Shown here: positions 1 through 12,018 of the stretch, piece after piece
Numbering within the stretch: position 1 is the stretch's first letter
Layout: each line of letters starts with the position of its first letter
Assembly (NCBI GenBank): GCA_012516935.1
Contig: JAAYVZ010000046.1
Location: 21,441-85,440 of the forward strand
DNA length: 64,000 nt
Direction of reading: 5' to 3'
DNA from: Holophagae bacterium
GTDB lineage: Bacteria > Acidobacteriota > Thermoanaerobaculia > Thermoanaerobaculales > Thermoanaerobaculaceae
Translations under genes and position numbers: made by a program
The notes under the pieces: generated by a model
Told to the model about the DNA's origin: nothing
The model's input: only the letters and a program-made list of their open reading frames with translations
Databases searched by the model: none

Positions 1-1257
<1,257 letters not shown>

Positions 1258-1264
1258 GGCGAAT

Positions 1265-3739
1265 ATGAGCGACACCCTCTTCACCAAGGAGGAGCGCGTC
1301 CCGATCGCCATCGAGCAGGAGCTACGCCGCTCCTACCTCGACTACGCGATGAGCGTGATCATCGGGCGCGCTCTGCCGGATGTGCGTGACGGTCTCAAGC
1401 CGGTACACCGTCGCATCTTGTTCGGGATGTGGGAGCAATCCAACACCTCGGGCAGGCCGTTCAAGAAATCGGCCCGCATCGTCGGCGACGTCATGGGCAA
1501 GTTCCACCCCCACGGTGATGCGGCGATCTACGACACGCTCGTGCGTATGGCGCAGACGTTCTCGATGCGCCACGTGCTGGTGGATGGGCAGGGCAACTTC
1601 GGCTCCGTGGACGGCGACAACGCAGCGGCGATGCGGTATACCGAGGTGCGTCTGGCCCGTCTCGCTGAGGAGTTGCTGGGTGACGATCTCGAGAAGGAGA
1701 CGGTGGACTGGCAACCGAACTACGACGGCTCGCTGCGCGAGCCCGAGGTCCTGCCGGCGCGCTTTCCGAACCTCCTCGTCAACGGCTCGTCGGGTATCGC
1801 CGTCGGCATGGCCACCAACATCCCGCCCCACAACCTGGGCGAGGTCGTTGACGCCTGCTTGCTGCTCGCCGGCCGGCCCACGGCCACGCTCGACGAGCTC
1901 TTGCAGGTTCTTCCGGGACCCGACTTTCCCACCGCCGGTCTGATCCGGGGCACCGATGGGATCCGCCAGGCCTACGCCACCGGGCACGGCAGCGTACAGA
2001 TGCAGGCGCGCGCCCGCATCGAGCACTTTCACAAAGGTGAGCGGACCGCCATCGTCGTCTCCGAGCTGCCGTACCAGGTCAACAAGGCCAAGCTCGTGGA
2101 GCGGATCGCCGAGCTCGTGCAGGGCAAGGAGATCGACGGCATTGCGGACCTGCGGGATGAGTCGGACCGGGACGGCATTCGCGTCGTGGTCGACCTCAAG
2201 CGCGACGCCGTCCCACAGGTGGTGCTCAACCAGCTTTTCAAGCTCACGCCGATGCAGTCGAGCTTCGGCATCACCTTTCTGGCGATCGTCGACAACCAAC
2301 CGCGGGTGCTCACCCTCAAGCAAATGCTCGAGCACTTTCTCGAGCACCGCAAAGAGGTCGTCACCCGGCGTACGCGGTACGAGCTCGCCGGGGCCGAGGA
2401 ACGGGCCCATATTCTGGAAGGGCTCGTCATTGCCCTCGACCACCTCGACGAGGTGATCGCTACCATCCGGGCGGCCGATGATCCACTGAGCGCGAAGGCT
2501 TCGCTCTGCCACCGTTTCGACTTGTCTCCGCTCCAAGCACAGGCGATCTTGGACATGCGCCTGCAGCGGCTCACCGCGCTCGAGCGTGACAAGATCATCG
2601 CTGAGCATCGCGAGGTGCTGGCGCTGATCGAGCGGCTTCGTGCCATCCTCGGATCGGAGGCGCTGGTGCTGGAGATCGTCGTCGGCGAGCTCGCCGAGAT
2701 CAGGCGCCGCTTTGCCAACCCACGGCGTACGGAGATCCTGCCAGAGGAGGCCGAGCTCTCGGTTGAGGATCTGATCGTGGAGGAGGACGTGGCGGTGACC
2801 GTCACCCGTTCCGGGTACATCAAACGCGCCGCGGTCTCCACCTACCGTTCACAGCGGCGCGGGGGACGCGGCAGACGGGGGGCGGCGGCGCGTGACGAGG
2901 ACCCGGTCGAGCACCTGTTCGTGGCCTCCACCCACGACACGCTGCTGGTTTTCACCTCGGTCGGCAAGGTCTACTCCCTCAAGGTGCACGAGGTGCCGGA
3001 AGCGTCGCCGGCGGCGCGCGGCAAGGCGATCGTCAACCTCCTCCCGCTGGCGACCGGCGAACGGGTCGCCGCGCTGGTGGCGGTGAAGGAGTTCGACGAC
3101 ACCCACTTCGTCTTTTTCGCGACCACCCGCGGCAAGGTCAAGAAGACCGAGCTGTCGGCTTACTCGAACCCGCGGAGCAGCGGGATCATCGCTGTCGATC
3201 TCGACGAGGGCGACGACCTGCTCGGGGTCCGGATCACCGACGGTAACAGCCACGTGTTCCTCGGCACCCATCACGGCATGGCGATCCGGTTCGCGGAGTC
3301 GGATGTCCGGCCGATGGGGCGAGTGGCTGCAGGCGTACGCGGCATCAGCCTGCACAAGAACGACTTCGTCGAGGTGATGGCGACCTTCTCGGCGGAGGAC
3401 AAAGGTGACATCCTGGTCGTGGCCGAGCACGGGTTCGGGAAGCGCACCCCGGTAGCGGAGTTCCGGCTCCAGGGACGGGGGGGCAGTGGTGTGACCCTGA
3501 TGAAGGTGACGACCCGCACCGGCAACGTGGCGGGCATGCGTTACTTGGCTGGGGCAGAGGACATCCTGCTGGTTACCGCCAAAGGTATGCTGATCCGTAC
3601 CCGCTCGTCCGAGGTGCGCCAGTCGGGGCGAGCGACCCAGGGTGTCAAGCTCATCGGGCTCGAGACCGGCGACAAGGTGGTGTCGGTAGCGCGCCTGGCC
3701 GAGCGTGAAGACGACGACGAGCAGGCCGCGTTGGAGTAG
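1265..3739 (+). CDS. gyrA: DNA gyrase subunit A
   Basis: 824 aa. The N-terminus MSD...[38 protein letters not shown] is the canonical GyrA start. The C-terminal beta-pinwheel repeats are present. It lies 8 nt after gyrB. Confidence 0.95.
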   Translation: MSDTLFTKEERVPIAIEQELRRSYLDYAMSVIIGRALPDVRDGLKPVHRRILFGMWEQSNTSGRPFKKSARIVGDVMGKFHPHGDAAIYDTLVRMAQTFSMRHVLVDGQGNFGSVDGDNAAAMRYTEVRLARLAEELLGDDLEKETVDWQPNYDGSLREPEVLPARFPNLLVNGSSGIAVGMATNIPPHNLGEVVDACLLLAGRPTATLDELLQVLPGPDFPTAGLIRGTDGIRQAYATGHGSVQMQARARIEHFHKGERTAIVVSELPYQVNKAKLVERIAELVQGKEIDGIADLRDESDRDGIRVVVDLKRDAVPQVVLNQLFKLTPMQSSFGITFLAIVDNQPRVLTLKQMLEHFLEHRKEVVTRRTRYELAGAEERAHILEGLVIALDHLDEVIATIRAADDPLSAKASLCHRFDLSPLQAQAILDMRLQRLTALERDKIIAEHREVLALIERLRAILGSEALVLEIVVGELAEIRRRFANPRRTEILPEEAELSVEDLIVEEDVAVTVTRSGYIKRAAVSTYRSQRRGGRGRRGAAARDEDPVEHLFVASTHDTLLVFTSVGKVYSLKVHEVPEASPAARGKAIVNLLPLATGERVAALVAVKEFDDTHFVFFATTRGKVKKTELSAYSNPRSSGIIAVDLDEGDDLLGVRITDGNSHVFLGTHHGMAIRFAESDVRPMGRVAAGVRGISLHKNDFVEVMATFSAEDKGDILVVAEHGFGKRTPVAEFRLQGRGGSGVTLMKVTTRTGNVAGMRYLAGAEDILLVTAKGMLIRTRSSEVRQSGRATQGVKLIGLETGDKVVSVARLAEREDDDEQAALE

Positions 3740-3765
3740 CTCGTCCGATCGGGAGGAGACACGAC

Positions 3766-4416
3766 ATGAAGCTTTTCATCGATACCGCCAACGTCGCTGA
3801 GATCGCCGAAGCCGCATCCTGGGGGATCCTGGATGGTGTGACGACCAACCCCTCCCTCGTCGCCAAGGAGGGACGCCCGTATCGGGAGCTGCTAGCAGAG
3901 ATCTGCCGTATCGTCGCCGGACCGGTCTCGGCCGAGGTGCTGGCGACCGAAGCGGACGCCATGGAGCGGGAAGGCCGCGAGCTGGCAGGGATTGCCGAGA
4001 ACGTCGTGGTCAAGCTGCCGATCACCAAGGACGGTCTGCGGGTCTGCACCCGTTTCGCGGAGGAGGGGATACCTACCAACCTCACGCTCTGCTTCTCCCC
4101 GGCCCAGGCCCTGCTCGTGGCCAAGGCCGGCGCGACCTACGTGAGCCCATTCGTCGGGCGGCTCGACGACAGCGGCCACGATGGCATGCAGCTCGTACGC
4201 GAGATGGTACAGATCTACGACGCCTACGAGTTTGCCACCCAGGTGTTGGTGGCCTCGGTGCGCCATCCGCAGCACGTGGTCGAGGCGACACTGGCAGGTG
4301 CGGACGTCGCCACCGTGCCGTTCAAGATCCTCGAGCAGCTCTTCCACCACCCCTTGACCGAGATCGGCATCCAACGCTTCCTCGCCGACTACCGCGCGGC
4401 CAGGGACGTGCATTGA
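3766..4416 (+). CDS. tal: transaldolase, short MipB/Fsa-type (~216 aa)
   Basis: [13 protein letters not shown]...GVTTNPSL... matches the short transaldolase / fructose-6-phosphate aldolase family. It begins 27 nt after gyrA. Confidence 0.85.
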   Translation: MKLFIDTANVAEIAEAASWGILDGVTTNPSLVAKEGRPYRELLAEICRIVAGPVSAEVLATEADAMEREGRELAGIAENVVVKLPITKDGLRVCTRFAEEGIPTNLTLCFSPAQALLVAKAGATYVSPFVGRLDDSGHDGMQLVREMVQIYDAYEFATQVLVASVRHPQHVVEATLAGADVATVPFKILEQLFHHPLTEIGIQRFLADYRAARDVH

Positions 4417-4444
4417 TGAGGCGACAGCGGCGCGAGTGACGTGC

Positions 4445-4476
4445 GGCCAACATTAAATGTTCGGCCATTCTTGACA
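4445..4476 (+). promoter_or_regulatory. AT-rich palindrome GGCCAACATT-A-AATGTTCGGCC followed by TTGACA (-35-like) upstream of the MocR/PdxR-like gene
   Basis: A rare AT-rich dyad in a >70% GC region. TTGACA lies 14 nt upstream of ATG 4491 with TACGCT 17 nt further. It could be an operator, a tal terminator hairpin, or both. Confidence 0.3.
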
Positions 4477-4490
4477 ATGGCTGAACCAGG

Positions 4491-5888
4491 ATGTACGCTT
4501 CGCGCGTGCTGGACGAGCTCCATGCGACAGCGCGCCACGCCATCACCGGAGATGCTTCCCGCCCGCTTTACCTACGGCTCGCGGAGGCCTTGACGCCCCA
4601 CGTCGCATCGGTAGGGGGCAACCTGCCGTCGGCGCGCCGCCTGGCCGGTGCGTTGGGTGTCAACCGTGCCACCGTCACCGCCGCCTATCGTGAGCTCTCG
4701 CGGCAGGGGCTGCTGGTGCTGCGGCCGGGTAGGCCGCGCCGCGGCGCCTACGGACAGCCGGCCTCGCAGCCGGTGGTGCCTGCGGACGGGCCCATCGACC
4801 TCGCGCGCTATGCCCCCGATCGCGAGCTACTGCCAGCCGGCAGGACGTTCGAGTGGCTGGGGGTTGGCGCTGCCGAAGGGGACGCTGTCGCCCAGTACGG
4901 AGATGCGTTGGGGTTCGGGCCGCTCCGCGAGTGGGTGACGCAGCGCCTGTCAGGCTACGGCATTCCCAGCCGCTCTGACTGTGTCATCCTGACCGGTGGC
5001 GTGCAGAACGCCCTCGATCTGCTGTTTCGAGCGCACCTCAATAGCGGCGACACGGTGCTGGTGGAGGACCCCTCGTACCCCGGCCTGCCGCCACTGCTGG
5101 CGCTGCACGGCGTCCACCCCGTGGGTGTCCCGGTGGGCGTCCACGGCCTTGACGTCGAGGCGTTGCGGGCTCTCGCCGTGCGCGAGCGTCCGCGCCTGGC
5201 GATCCTCACGCCCACCTTGCAGAACCCGAGTGGCGAGGTGCTCGGTGCCGGTGCACGCGGGGCGGTGCTGGAGACCTTGCGGCAGGTCGGATCGATCGTG
5301 ATCGAGGAGTTCTTCGACCCCGCCCTCGTGAGCGACGCCCCGGTGCCACCGCCGCTCGCCTCGCTCGACAGGCGGGTGGTGGTGGTCGGCTCGTTCTCGA
5401 AGGCGCTCTTCCCCGGGCTACGGGTGGGGTGGATCTCAGGCCCGTCCGAGCTGTTGGCCAAGGTCTCCCAGGTCAAGCAGGGCGCCGATCTGGCGGGGAG
5501 CGCGTTCCTCGAGGCGGCGGCGTGGACGCTCTGCGCCCGGGGGATCTTCACCTCGCAGTGCCAGCGGTTGCGACACCTGGCCGCTGAGCGGAGGGCGCAG
5601 GTGATGGCGGCGCTCGAGCAGGTACGAGGGGAGCTGGCCTGGAGTCGGCCGCGGGGCGGGTTCTCGATACTCGTGCAGTTGCCCCGCGGACAGAGCGCCC
5701 GAACCGTGGCGGAGAGGGCTGCCGCCCTCGGCGCCTGGGTGTTGGCGGGACCGGCGATGTCGGTCTCGGGTCGGGACGATGTTTTGCGCGTTGCGTTTGC
5801 CGCGGTCGGGGGGGAGCGCCTCGCACGCGGGCTCGGGTTTTTGAAGCGGGCGCTGGCGCCGGGAGCGGCGTCACCGGCCCTGGTTTGA
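4491..5888 (+). CDS. MocR/GntR-family regulator: wHTH plus class-I aminotransferase-like domain (PdxR-like)
   Basis: 465 aa. The N-terminal GntR wHTH region ([31 protein letters not shown]) is followed by a PLP aminotransferase fold. It ends 13 nt before pdxS on the same strand. Confidence 0.8.
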   Translation: MYASRVLDELHATARHAITGDASRPLYLRLAEALTPHVASVGGNLPSARRLAGALGVNRATVTAAYRELSRQGLLVLRPGRPRRGAYGQPASQPVVPADGPIDLARYAPDRELLPAGRTFEWLGVGAAEGDAVAQYGDALGFGPLREWVTQRLSGYGIPSRSDCVILTGGVQNALDLLFRAHLNSGDTVLVEDPSYPGLPPLLALHGVHPVGVPVGVHGLDVEALRALAVRERPRLAILTPTLQNPSGEVLGAGARGAVLETLRQVGSIVIEEFFDPALVSDAPVPPPLASLDRRVVVVGSFSKALFPGLRVGWISGPSELLAKVSQVKQGADLAGSAFLEAAAWTLCARGIFTSQCQRLRHLAAERRAQVMAALEQVRGELAWSRPRGGFSILVQLPRGQSARTVAERAAALGAWVLAGPAMSVSGRDDVLRVAFAAVGGERLARGLGFLKRALAPGAASPALV

Positions 5889-5901
5889 GGAGGAGCGGGA
5901 C

Positions 5902-6789
5902 ATGCACTTCGAGACACCGGAGTTCAGGGTCAAGGTCAACCTCGCCGAGAATCTCAAGGGCGGGGTCATCATGGATGTCACCGATGCAACGCAGGCGAAG
6001 ATCGCCGAGGATGCGGGCGCGGCTGCCGTCATGGCGCTCGAGCGCGTGCCGGCGGACATCCGCGCGCAAGGCGGTGTGGCGCGCATGGCAGCGGTCGAGA
6101 AGATCGTCGAGATCATGGCGTGCGTTGCCGTTCCGGTGATGGCCAAGTGCCGGATCGGCCACATCGCCGAGGCGCAGCTTCTCGAGGCGCTGGGCGTGGC
6201 GTTCGTCGATGAGTCCGAGGTCCTGACCCCCGCGGACGAGGAGAACCACGTCTGGAAACACGACTTCCGCGTGCCGTTCGTGTGCGGATGCCGCAACCTC
6301 GGCGAGGCGCTGCGCCGCATCGGCGAGGGCGCAGCGATGATGCGCACCAAGGGTGAGGCGGGGTCAGGCAACATCGTCGAGGCGGTGCGCCACCTACGCG
6401 CGGTGCGGCGCGAGATACGGCGCCTCGGCACCCTCGATCCCGCTGAGCTGGTTCCCGCCGCCAAGGAGCTCCAGGCTCCACTCGAGCTCGTGCGCTTCGT
6501 GGCCGAGCACGGCAAGCTCCCGGTCCCGAACTTCGCCGCTGGAGGGGTGGCGACGCCCGCCGACGCGGTGCTGTGCATGATGCTCGGGGCCGAGGCCGTG
6601 TTCGTGGGCTCCGGGATCTTCAAGTCCGAGGATCCCGCTCGCCGCGCCAAGGCGATCGTGCAGGCCGTCGCCCATTGGCAGGAGCCTGGCAAGGTCCTCG
6701 AGGTCTCGCGGGGCCTCGAGGGTGCCATGTCGGGGCTCGACGTGGCCAAGCTCACGCCGGAGGAAATGCTCTCCAGACGGGGGTGGTAG
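5902..6789 (+). CDS. pdxS: pyridoxal 5'-phosphate synthase lyase subunit PdxS
   Basis: 295 aa. Highly conserved PdxS sequence (GGVIMDVT...[40 protein letters not shown]). Confidence 0.95.
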   Translation: MHFETPEFRVKVNLAENLKGGVIMDVTDATQAKIAEDAGAAAVMALERVPADIRAQGGVARMAAVEKIVEIMACVAVPVMAKCRIGHIAEAQLLEALGVAFVDESEVLTPADEENHVWKHDFRVPFVCGCRNLGEALRRIGEGAAMMRTKGEAGSGNIVEAVRHLRAVRREIRRLGTLDPAELVPAAKELQAPLELVRFVAEHGKLPVPNFAAGGVATPADAVLCMMLGAEAVFVGSGIFKSEDPARRAKAIVQAVAHWQEPGKVLEVSRGLEGAMSGLDVAKLTPEEMLSRRGW

Positions 6790-6873
6790 CGGTCGAGCCG
6801 GCTCGCGGTCCCGCGTCCGGCGTCCAGAGCAACGGTGGGTGTGCTGGCTTCGCAGCGCGGGTTCTCGCCGCCT

Positions 6874-6891
6874 GACCGGTGGTACCCGGTC
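6874..6891. terminator. GC-rich hairpin (GACCGG-tggtac-CCGGTC) between convergent pdxS and the MBL gene; possible bidirectional terminator
   Basis: 6-bp stem and 6-nt loop seen directly in the sequence. There is no U-tract, which is common in high-GC genomes. Confidence 0.25.
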
Positions 6892-7655
6892 TAGAAGCGG
6901 TAAACGTCGTCTTGGCGAAGCTCCTCCACATGGTGGGGAAAACGGGTCGCCGCGAGCTCAGCTCGGAGCTCGTCGAGATAGCTCGGTTTGAGGTGGTAGA
7001 GGTAGACGGCAACGTCGCGCCTGAGCTTGGCCAGCTCGCCGGCAAGGGTGGTGGGTGTGAGGTGAAGCGACACGTCGGCGACGGACTGCAGGCGACTGGG
7101 GAACGACACCTCCACGATCAGCGCCCGTAGCCGCGGGGTGCGGTTGGCGACCTCCCAGATCTCCTCGGTGGGACCGGTGTCGGAGGTGAAGATGACGGCG
7201 CCGTCCGCATCCTCGATCACGTATCCGTGGGTGGGGACGATGTGGTGGACGGGGATCGGTGTCAGCCGCAACCCATCGACCCCGAACGTCGCCCGCGGCT
7301 CGACCTGCGAGATGCGGAGCGCCGGCAACATGTCGTTGGGGATGCGGGTGAAGTCGGGCCAGGTGTCGTTGTTGAAAAGGTGTAGCTTGACGGTTTGCAT
7401 GACCTGCGGGGTCACCAGGATCTCGAGGCCGTTGTCGTGGTCGCCGAAGGTGTTCTCGACCAGAAACGGAATCGACGCGGTGTGGTCGAGGTGGGAGTGG
7501 GTGACAACGATCTTGTCGATGCCGCCCTGCTCCTCGATGGACAGCGCCTGGGTAATGGAGCCGGCATCGAGTGCCAGATGGCCGTCGATGAGAAACGACG
7601 TCATGCGGCACGTCGGGCTTGAACCTCCGAAGCTCCCGAGTACGCGCCATTCCAT
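6891..7655 (-). CDS. MBL-fold metallo-hydrolase, class-II cyclic-nucleotide phosphodiesterase-like
   Basis: 254 aa with VTHSHLDHTASIPFL (the HxHxDH metallo-beta-lactamase signature in the class-II PDE context). Confidence 0.65.
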   Translation of the reverse strand: MEWRVLGSFGGSSPTCRMTSFLIDGHLALDAGSITQALSIEEQGGIDKIVVTHSHLDHTASIPFLVENTFGDHDNGLEILVTPQVMQTVKLHLFNNDTWPDFTRIPNDMLPALRISQVEPRATFGVDGLRLTPIPVHHIVPTHGYVIEDADGAVIFTSDTGPTEEIWEVANRTPRLRALIVEVSFPSRLQSVADVSLHLTPTTLAGELAKLRRDVAVYLYHLKPSYLDELRAELAATRFPHHVEELRQDDVYRF

Positions 7656-7720
7656 GAGCAGATTATACGGCCACTCGGGAATGCAAGCACCCCGACCGGG
7701 TGAAGCCGCGGGCAGCCGGG

Positions 7721-7726
7721 TAGAAT
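7721..7726 (+). promoter_or_regulatory. -10-like TAGAAT element (GGGTAGAAT) 7-10 nt upstream of the lipoate-ligase start codons; implies a leaderless or near-leaderless transcript
   Basis: The same TAGAAT(GC) element recurs at 15754, at 30527 and on the minus strand at 28700-28695, each upstream of a gene start. Confidence 0.35.
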
Positions 7727-7732
7727 CACCGC

Positions 7733-8380
7733 GTGATGGCTCCCGGTGAGTGGCTCGTAGTCGCCCCCTCCGCCCACGCGCGGGAGCTCGCTGGTTGGTC
7801 GCTGTTCGAGGCCGCCGAGCCGGCCATCCAAGTCCTGGCGGCTGACGAGACGGTCGTGGTCCTGAGCCGTTCCCGCACGCCGGAACGAGAGGTCCACCTC
7901 GACCGCTGCACCGCCGATGGCGTACCGGTGCTGATACGGCCCTCCGGTGGTGGTGCCGTCGTGCTTGCTTCGGGCACGCTGATCGCCAACATCGTCGCCC
8001 GCACGCTGGGAAACGAGGCCCGTCCGGAGAGGGAGTTCGGGCGTTTCTGTGGGCGTACAGCCGCAGCTCTCGCGGCGTGCGGCGTCACCGGAGTCGAGGT
8101 GCGCGGCGTCTCCGACCTCTGTCTCGGCGAGCGCAAGATCGCCGGTACGGCACTCCGGCTCTGGCGGGGGCTCGTGCTGTTCCAGCTCTCGCTGCTCGTG
8201 GACATGGACCTCGGGTTGATCGAGACCTACTTGCCGCTGCCGTCGCGCCAGCCGGATTACCGCCAAGGCCGCCACCACCGTGACTTCGTCACCTCGCTGC
8301 GAGCCGCGGGCTACACTGCGTCCGTTCGGGAGCTCGGGGCGGCGTTGCGCCTCGCGTTCCATCAGGAGCTCGTGAGCTGA
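7733..8380 (+). CDS. lipoate-protein ligase / octanoyltransferase family protein (BPL/LPL catalytic domain)
   Basis: 215 aa. The GERKIAG lysine motif and overall BPL_LplA_LipB-like pattern are present. GTG/ATG starts at 7733/7736. Confidence 0.65.
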   Translation: MMAPGEWLVVAPSAHARELAGWSLFEAAEPAIQVLAADETVVVLSRSRTPEREVHLDRCTADGVPVLIRPSGGGAVVLASGTLIANIVARTLGNEARPEREFGRFCGRTAAALAACGVTGVEVRGVSDLCLGERKIAGTALRLWRGLVLFQLSLLVDMDLGLIETYLPLPSRQPDYRQGRHHRDFVTSLRAAGYTASVRELGAALRLAFHQELVS

Positions 8381-8575
8381 GGGGTTGACGGGCCGGCTAC
8401 CGTTGGCTCTAATGCGGTTGCCTCCAACCAGGCCGGAAGGGGCCACGTTCGAGGTTGCACCAGGCGCTGGTGGTTGGTATCCACCTCGTGGTGCAGCCAT
8501 GGTACGCGCCGGTCCGGGAAGGAGCTGGCTGGGGCGCAAAAAAGTTGCGGTGCCGGTGGCCGCCGAGGGGGACCG

Positions 8576-9049
8576 ATGAAGAGTATCTGGACGACGACGC
8601 TGCTGAGCCTGGGGCTGGCAATGGTTCTGACGGGATGCGGGAGCGACAGTGCAGCCAAGATCTCGTCCTGCATCGAGGCCGGCGCGAATCAGCTCCGGGG
8701 TAGCACCCAGCGGGAGCTGACGGTCATCTGCCCGGCTGAGAAGCGCCTACCCTACCTCGTGATCGCCTATCCTGACGGACGCTCGGATGCCGACACCAAG
8801 CTGCTCAGGCAGTATGTCGAGAAGGCCGCAGCTCTGGGGCCGGGCGGAGCAGGGCTGGCGCCCACCCTCGCTGGCTTCACCGGCACGTTGGTGGTCTGGC
8901 AGCAGGGCACGCTGGTCAAGTTCAACAAGAGCTTCCGTTCGGTTGCCCAGGCTCGTCAGGTCTTCGTGGCTGAGAAGCCCGACGGCGGCGCCACCACCGT
9001 CACCCTCAAGAAAGAGGGGTTGGAGGTTTTCATCACCGGGCTATTCTAG
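8576..9049 (+). CDS. putative lipoprotein (signal peptide MKSIWTTTLLSLGLAMVLTGC)
   Basis: Lipobox LTGC after a hydrophobic signal. Start chosen at the internal ATG of the 8474 ORF. No recognisable domain. Confidence 0.5.
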   Translation: MKSIWTTTLLSLGLAMVLTGCGSDSAAKISSCIEAGANQLRGSTQRELTVICPAEKRLPYLVIAYPDGRSDADTKLLRQYVEKAAALGPGGAGLAPTLAGFTGTLVVWQQGTLVKFNKSFRSVAQARQVFVAEKPDGGATTVTLKKEGLEVFITGLF

Positions 9050-10423
9050 GGAGGCTCCGCTGTCTCCGACGGGCGGCGCCTGCGGCGCCTCCCGCTCGAG
9101 GCCGTTCTCCCAGAGGTAGGTCTTGGTCTCCTTGACCGCGACGCCGGACAGCAGCAGCAACGAGACCAGGTTGGGGATCGCCATCAAACCGTTGGCGATG
9201 TCGGCGAACGACCACACCACCTGGAGCGTCACCACCGATCCCACCAGCACGGCCGCGACCCAGAGCACCCGGTAGGGCAGCAGGGCGCGCCCCCCGAACA
9301 GGTACTCGGCCGCCTTCTCACCGTAGTACGACCAGCCGAGAATGGTCGAGAACACGAAGGTCAGCAGCCCAACCGTGAGCACGAAGGGGCCGACGACATC
9401 GAGGTCGGTGAACGCCGCCTTGGTGAGCGCGGCGCCCGCAAGCCCGTCGGTCCAGTGCTGGCTGTTCACCACCACGAGGCCGGTGATGGCACACACCACC
9501 ACGGTGTCCCAGAACGTCCCGGTGGAGGACACCAGCGCCTGGCGCACCGGGTTTTTGGTTTGGGCAGCCGCGGCGACGATCGGCGCCGAGCCGAGACCGG
9601 CCTCGTTGGAGAACAGCCCTCGCGCCACCCCGAAGCGGATGGCCTCCCGCATGCCCGCGCCCACGAACCCGCCCACCGCGGCGTGCCCGGAAAACGCGGA
9701 CGAGACGATGAGGAGCAGTGTGTCGGGGATGCCCCGCCAGTGGATAGCCAGCAACGCCATGCACCCCAGCACGTAGAAGATGGCCATGAACGGCACCAGC
9801 TTCTCGCACACCCGGGCGATGCTGGTGATGCCGCCGAGGATGACGGCGCCGGTGAAGACCGTCATCACCGCGCCGGACCACCACGGCGAGATGCCGAACG
9901 ACTCGCGCAGCAGCACCGCGATCGAGTTGGCCTGCACCATGCAGCCGATGCCGAAAGCAGCAATGGCGGTGAGGGCGGCGAACACGATCCCGAGCCAGCG
10001 GGCGCCAACGCCGCGCTCGAGCACGTACATCGGACCGCCGGCCATGCGCCCGCTGCTGGTGCGCACCCGGTACTTCACAGCGAGGACGGCCTCGGCGTAC
10101 TTGGTCGCGATGCCGAAGACGCCGGTGAGCCACATCCACAGCACCGCTCCCGGTCCTCCCGCCGCCACCGCCGTAGCGACCCCAACGATGTTGCCCGTTC
10201 CGATGGTGGCAGCGAGCGCGGTGGTGAGCGCACCGAAGTGGCTGACGTCGCCCTCGCCCTCGCGGCGGTGTTGGAACGAGAGCCTGATGGCCAGCGGCAG
10301 GAAGCGTTGGATGAGCCGGAGCCGTACCGTGAGGTAGACGTGGGTCCCGAACAGCAGGATCAACAACGGCGGGCCCCACACCCAGCTCGAGACGACATCC
10401 AGTGCGTGGGCGAGCTCCTGCAT
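9041..10423 (-). CDS. alanine/glycine:cation symporter (AGCS family)
   Basis: 460 aa from MQELAHALD... with multi-TM AGCS-like sequence (GALTTALAATIGTGNIVGVATA...). SD GGAGGGAGC lies upstream of ATG 10423. The ORF upstream of that is an Arg/Ser-rich artefact. Confidence 0.85.
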   Translation of the reverse strand: MQELAHALDVVSSWVWGPPLLILLFGTHVYLTVRLRLIQRFLPLAIRLSFQHRREGEGDVSHFGALTTALAATIGTGNIVGVATAVAAGGPGAVLWMWLTGVFGIATKYAEAVLAVKYRVRTSSGRMAGGPMYVLERGVGARWLGIVFAALTAIAAFGIGCMVQANSIAVLLRESFGISPWWSGAVMTVFTGAVILGGITSIARVCEKLVPFMAIFYVLGCMALLAIHWRGIPDTLLLIVSSAFSGHAAVGGFVGAGMREAIRFGVARGLFSNEAGLGSAPIVAAAAQTKNPVRQALVSSTGTFWDTVVVCAITGLVVVNSQHWTDGLAGAALTKAAFTDLDVVGPFVLTVGLLTFVFSTILGWSYYGEKAAEYLFGGRALLPYRVLWVAAVLVGSVVTLQVVWSFADIANGLMAIPNLVSLLLLSGVAVKETKTYLWENGLEREAPQAPPVGDSGASLE

Positions 10424-10505
10424 GCTCCCTCCTGTTCCTGCGGAGGATACCTCTAGAGCGCTACCACGCTCGCCAGGCGACCAGCTCCGGCTGTGGGTCG
10501 TTGCG

Positions 10506-11933
10506 CTACGGTTCGGAAGCGGGTTCGACCTGGTGGCGGCGCAGCTCGGCGAGGACGCGCAGCGCCGCGTGCCGGTAAAGGTCGGCGAGCGTCGGGTAGT
10601 TGAAGAGCGACTCGGCGACCTGCGCAGCCGTGGCCGCGGCCCGCAAGTACGCCTGTCCGATGTGGACCAGCTCGGCGGCTCCGGTGCCGACCACGTGGAC
10701 CCCGAGCAGCCTGCCGCTGTCGCTGTCGCACAGGAGCTTGAGTAGGCCCTCGGTGTCACCGACGATCTGGCCGCGCGGGCTTTCCTCGTACCGGCCGCGA
10801 CCAACGACGAACGGCAGGCGGCGTTCCCGGAGCTTCTCCTCGGTCTCGCCGACGTAGCTCACCTCGGGGATCGAGTAGATCGCGAACGGTAACGCTTCGG
10901 TGTCGGCCAGCACCGAGGGGATGTCGAAGGCGCGGCGCATCGCCTGCCGCCCCTGCTCCATCGAGGTCGAGGCCAGCGCCGGGTAGCCGATGACGTCGCC
11001 GACCGCATAGATGTGCGGATGGGCGGTTTGGAAGCGCTCGTTGACCACCAGCAGGCCGTAGCGGTTGGGCTCGAGACCGATCGTCTCGAGACCGATGTCG
11101 TTGCTGTTGCCGTCGCGGCCAACACAGTACAGCAGCACGTCGGCAACGAGGTTCACCCCTTTGGAGGTACGGCACATGACCTGTGGCGGCTGCCCCGGGA
11201 GCGTGTGGATCGTTTCGTACCGGTCGTCGTGGATGATGACGATCCCCAGCCGCGTCAGCGCGCGCTCGAGGATGCCAACGATCTCGCGGTCGAGGAAGGG
11301 CAGCAACCGGTCGCGAGTATCAACGAGTGTGACGCTCAGGCCGAGGGCGGCGAAGATCGACGCGTACTCGATGCCGATGACCCCGGCGCCGAGCACCACC
11401 ATCGAGCGCGGCATGCGCGGTAGCGAGAGAATGGTCGCGGAGTCGAAGACGGTCTCGTCGTCGAACGGCACATCGGCGGGGCGGTTCGGCCGAGAGCCGG
11501 TGGCGATGACGATGACCTCGCCCTCGAGCCGCCCCGACCGCCGGCCCTGCTCGTCGACAAGCGCCACCGTGTGGGGATCCACGAACCTCCCATGCCCGCG
11601 CCGCACCTCGATCTGCGCCTTGGCCAGCGCCTCGTTGATGAGCGCGATCTCCCGCTGGACCACGAGGCGCTGGCGGTACGTGAAGTCGGCAACCGTGATC
11701 TCGGGGGCGAGCTCGTAGCGGATGCCGTGCAGCCGTGCCCGTGTCAGGGCGTGGACGAAAAGAGCGCTCTCGCGCAATGTCTTGGACGGGATCGTGCCCC
11801 AATTGACCCCGGTTCCACCCACGACATGGGCTCGCTCCACCACCACCACCCGCCGCCCCGCCCTGGCCGCCTGAATTGCCGCCCGCTCTCCCGCTGGGCC
11901 ACAACCCAGCACGATGACGTCGTAGCGCTCCGC
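10506..11933 (-). CDS. sthA: soluble pyridine nucleotide transhydrogenase (Si-specific NAD(P)+ transhydrogenase)
   Basis: Begins VTEAERYDVIVLGCGPAG (FAD site). GGTGVNWGTIPSK lacks the redox-active disulfide, as in SthA. About 475 aa from GTG 11933. Confidence 0.8.
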   Translation of the reverse strand, partial: AERYDVIVLGCGPAGERAAIQAARAGRRVVVVERAHVVGGTGVNWGTIPSKTLRESALFVHALTRARLHGIRYELAPEITVADFTYRQRLVVQREIALINEALAKAQIEVRRGHGRFVDPHTVALVDEQGRRSGRLEGEVIVIATGSRPNRPADVPFDDETVFDSATILSLPRMPRSMVVLGAGVIGIEYASIFAALGLSVTLVDTRDRLLPFLDREIVGILERALTRLGIVIIHDDRYETIHTLPGQPPQVMCRTSKGVNLVADVLLYCVGRDGNSNDIGLETIGLEPNRYGLLVVNERFQTAHPHIYAVGDVIGYPALASTSMEQGRQAMRRAFDIPSVLADTEALPFAIYSIPEVSYVGETEEKLRERRLPFVVGRGRYEESPRGQIVGDTEGLLKLLCDSDSGRLLGVHVVGTGAAELVHIGQAYLRAAATAAQVAESLFNYPTLADLYRHAALRVLAELRRHQVEPASEP

Positions 11934-12018
11934 CTCGGTCACCCGTTCATGGTAGAACAGCAACCTCAAGACAGAAAACGTGGAAGGTGACGCGGGTAGC
12001 TGCCTGCAGCGGGCGCGC

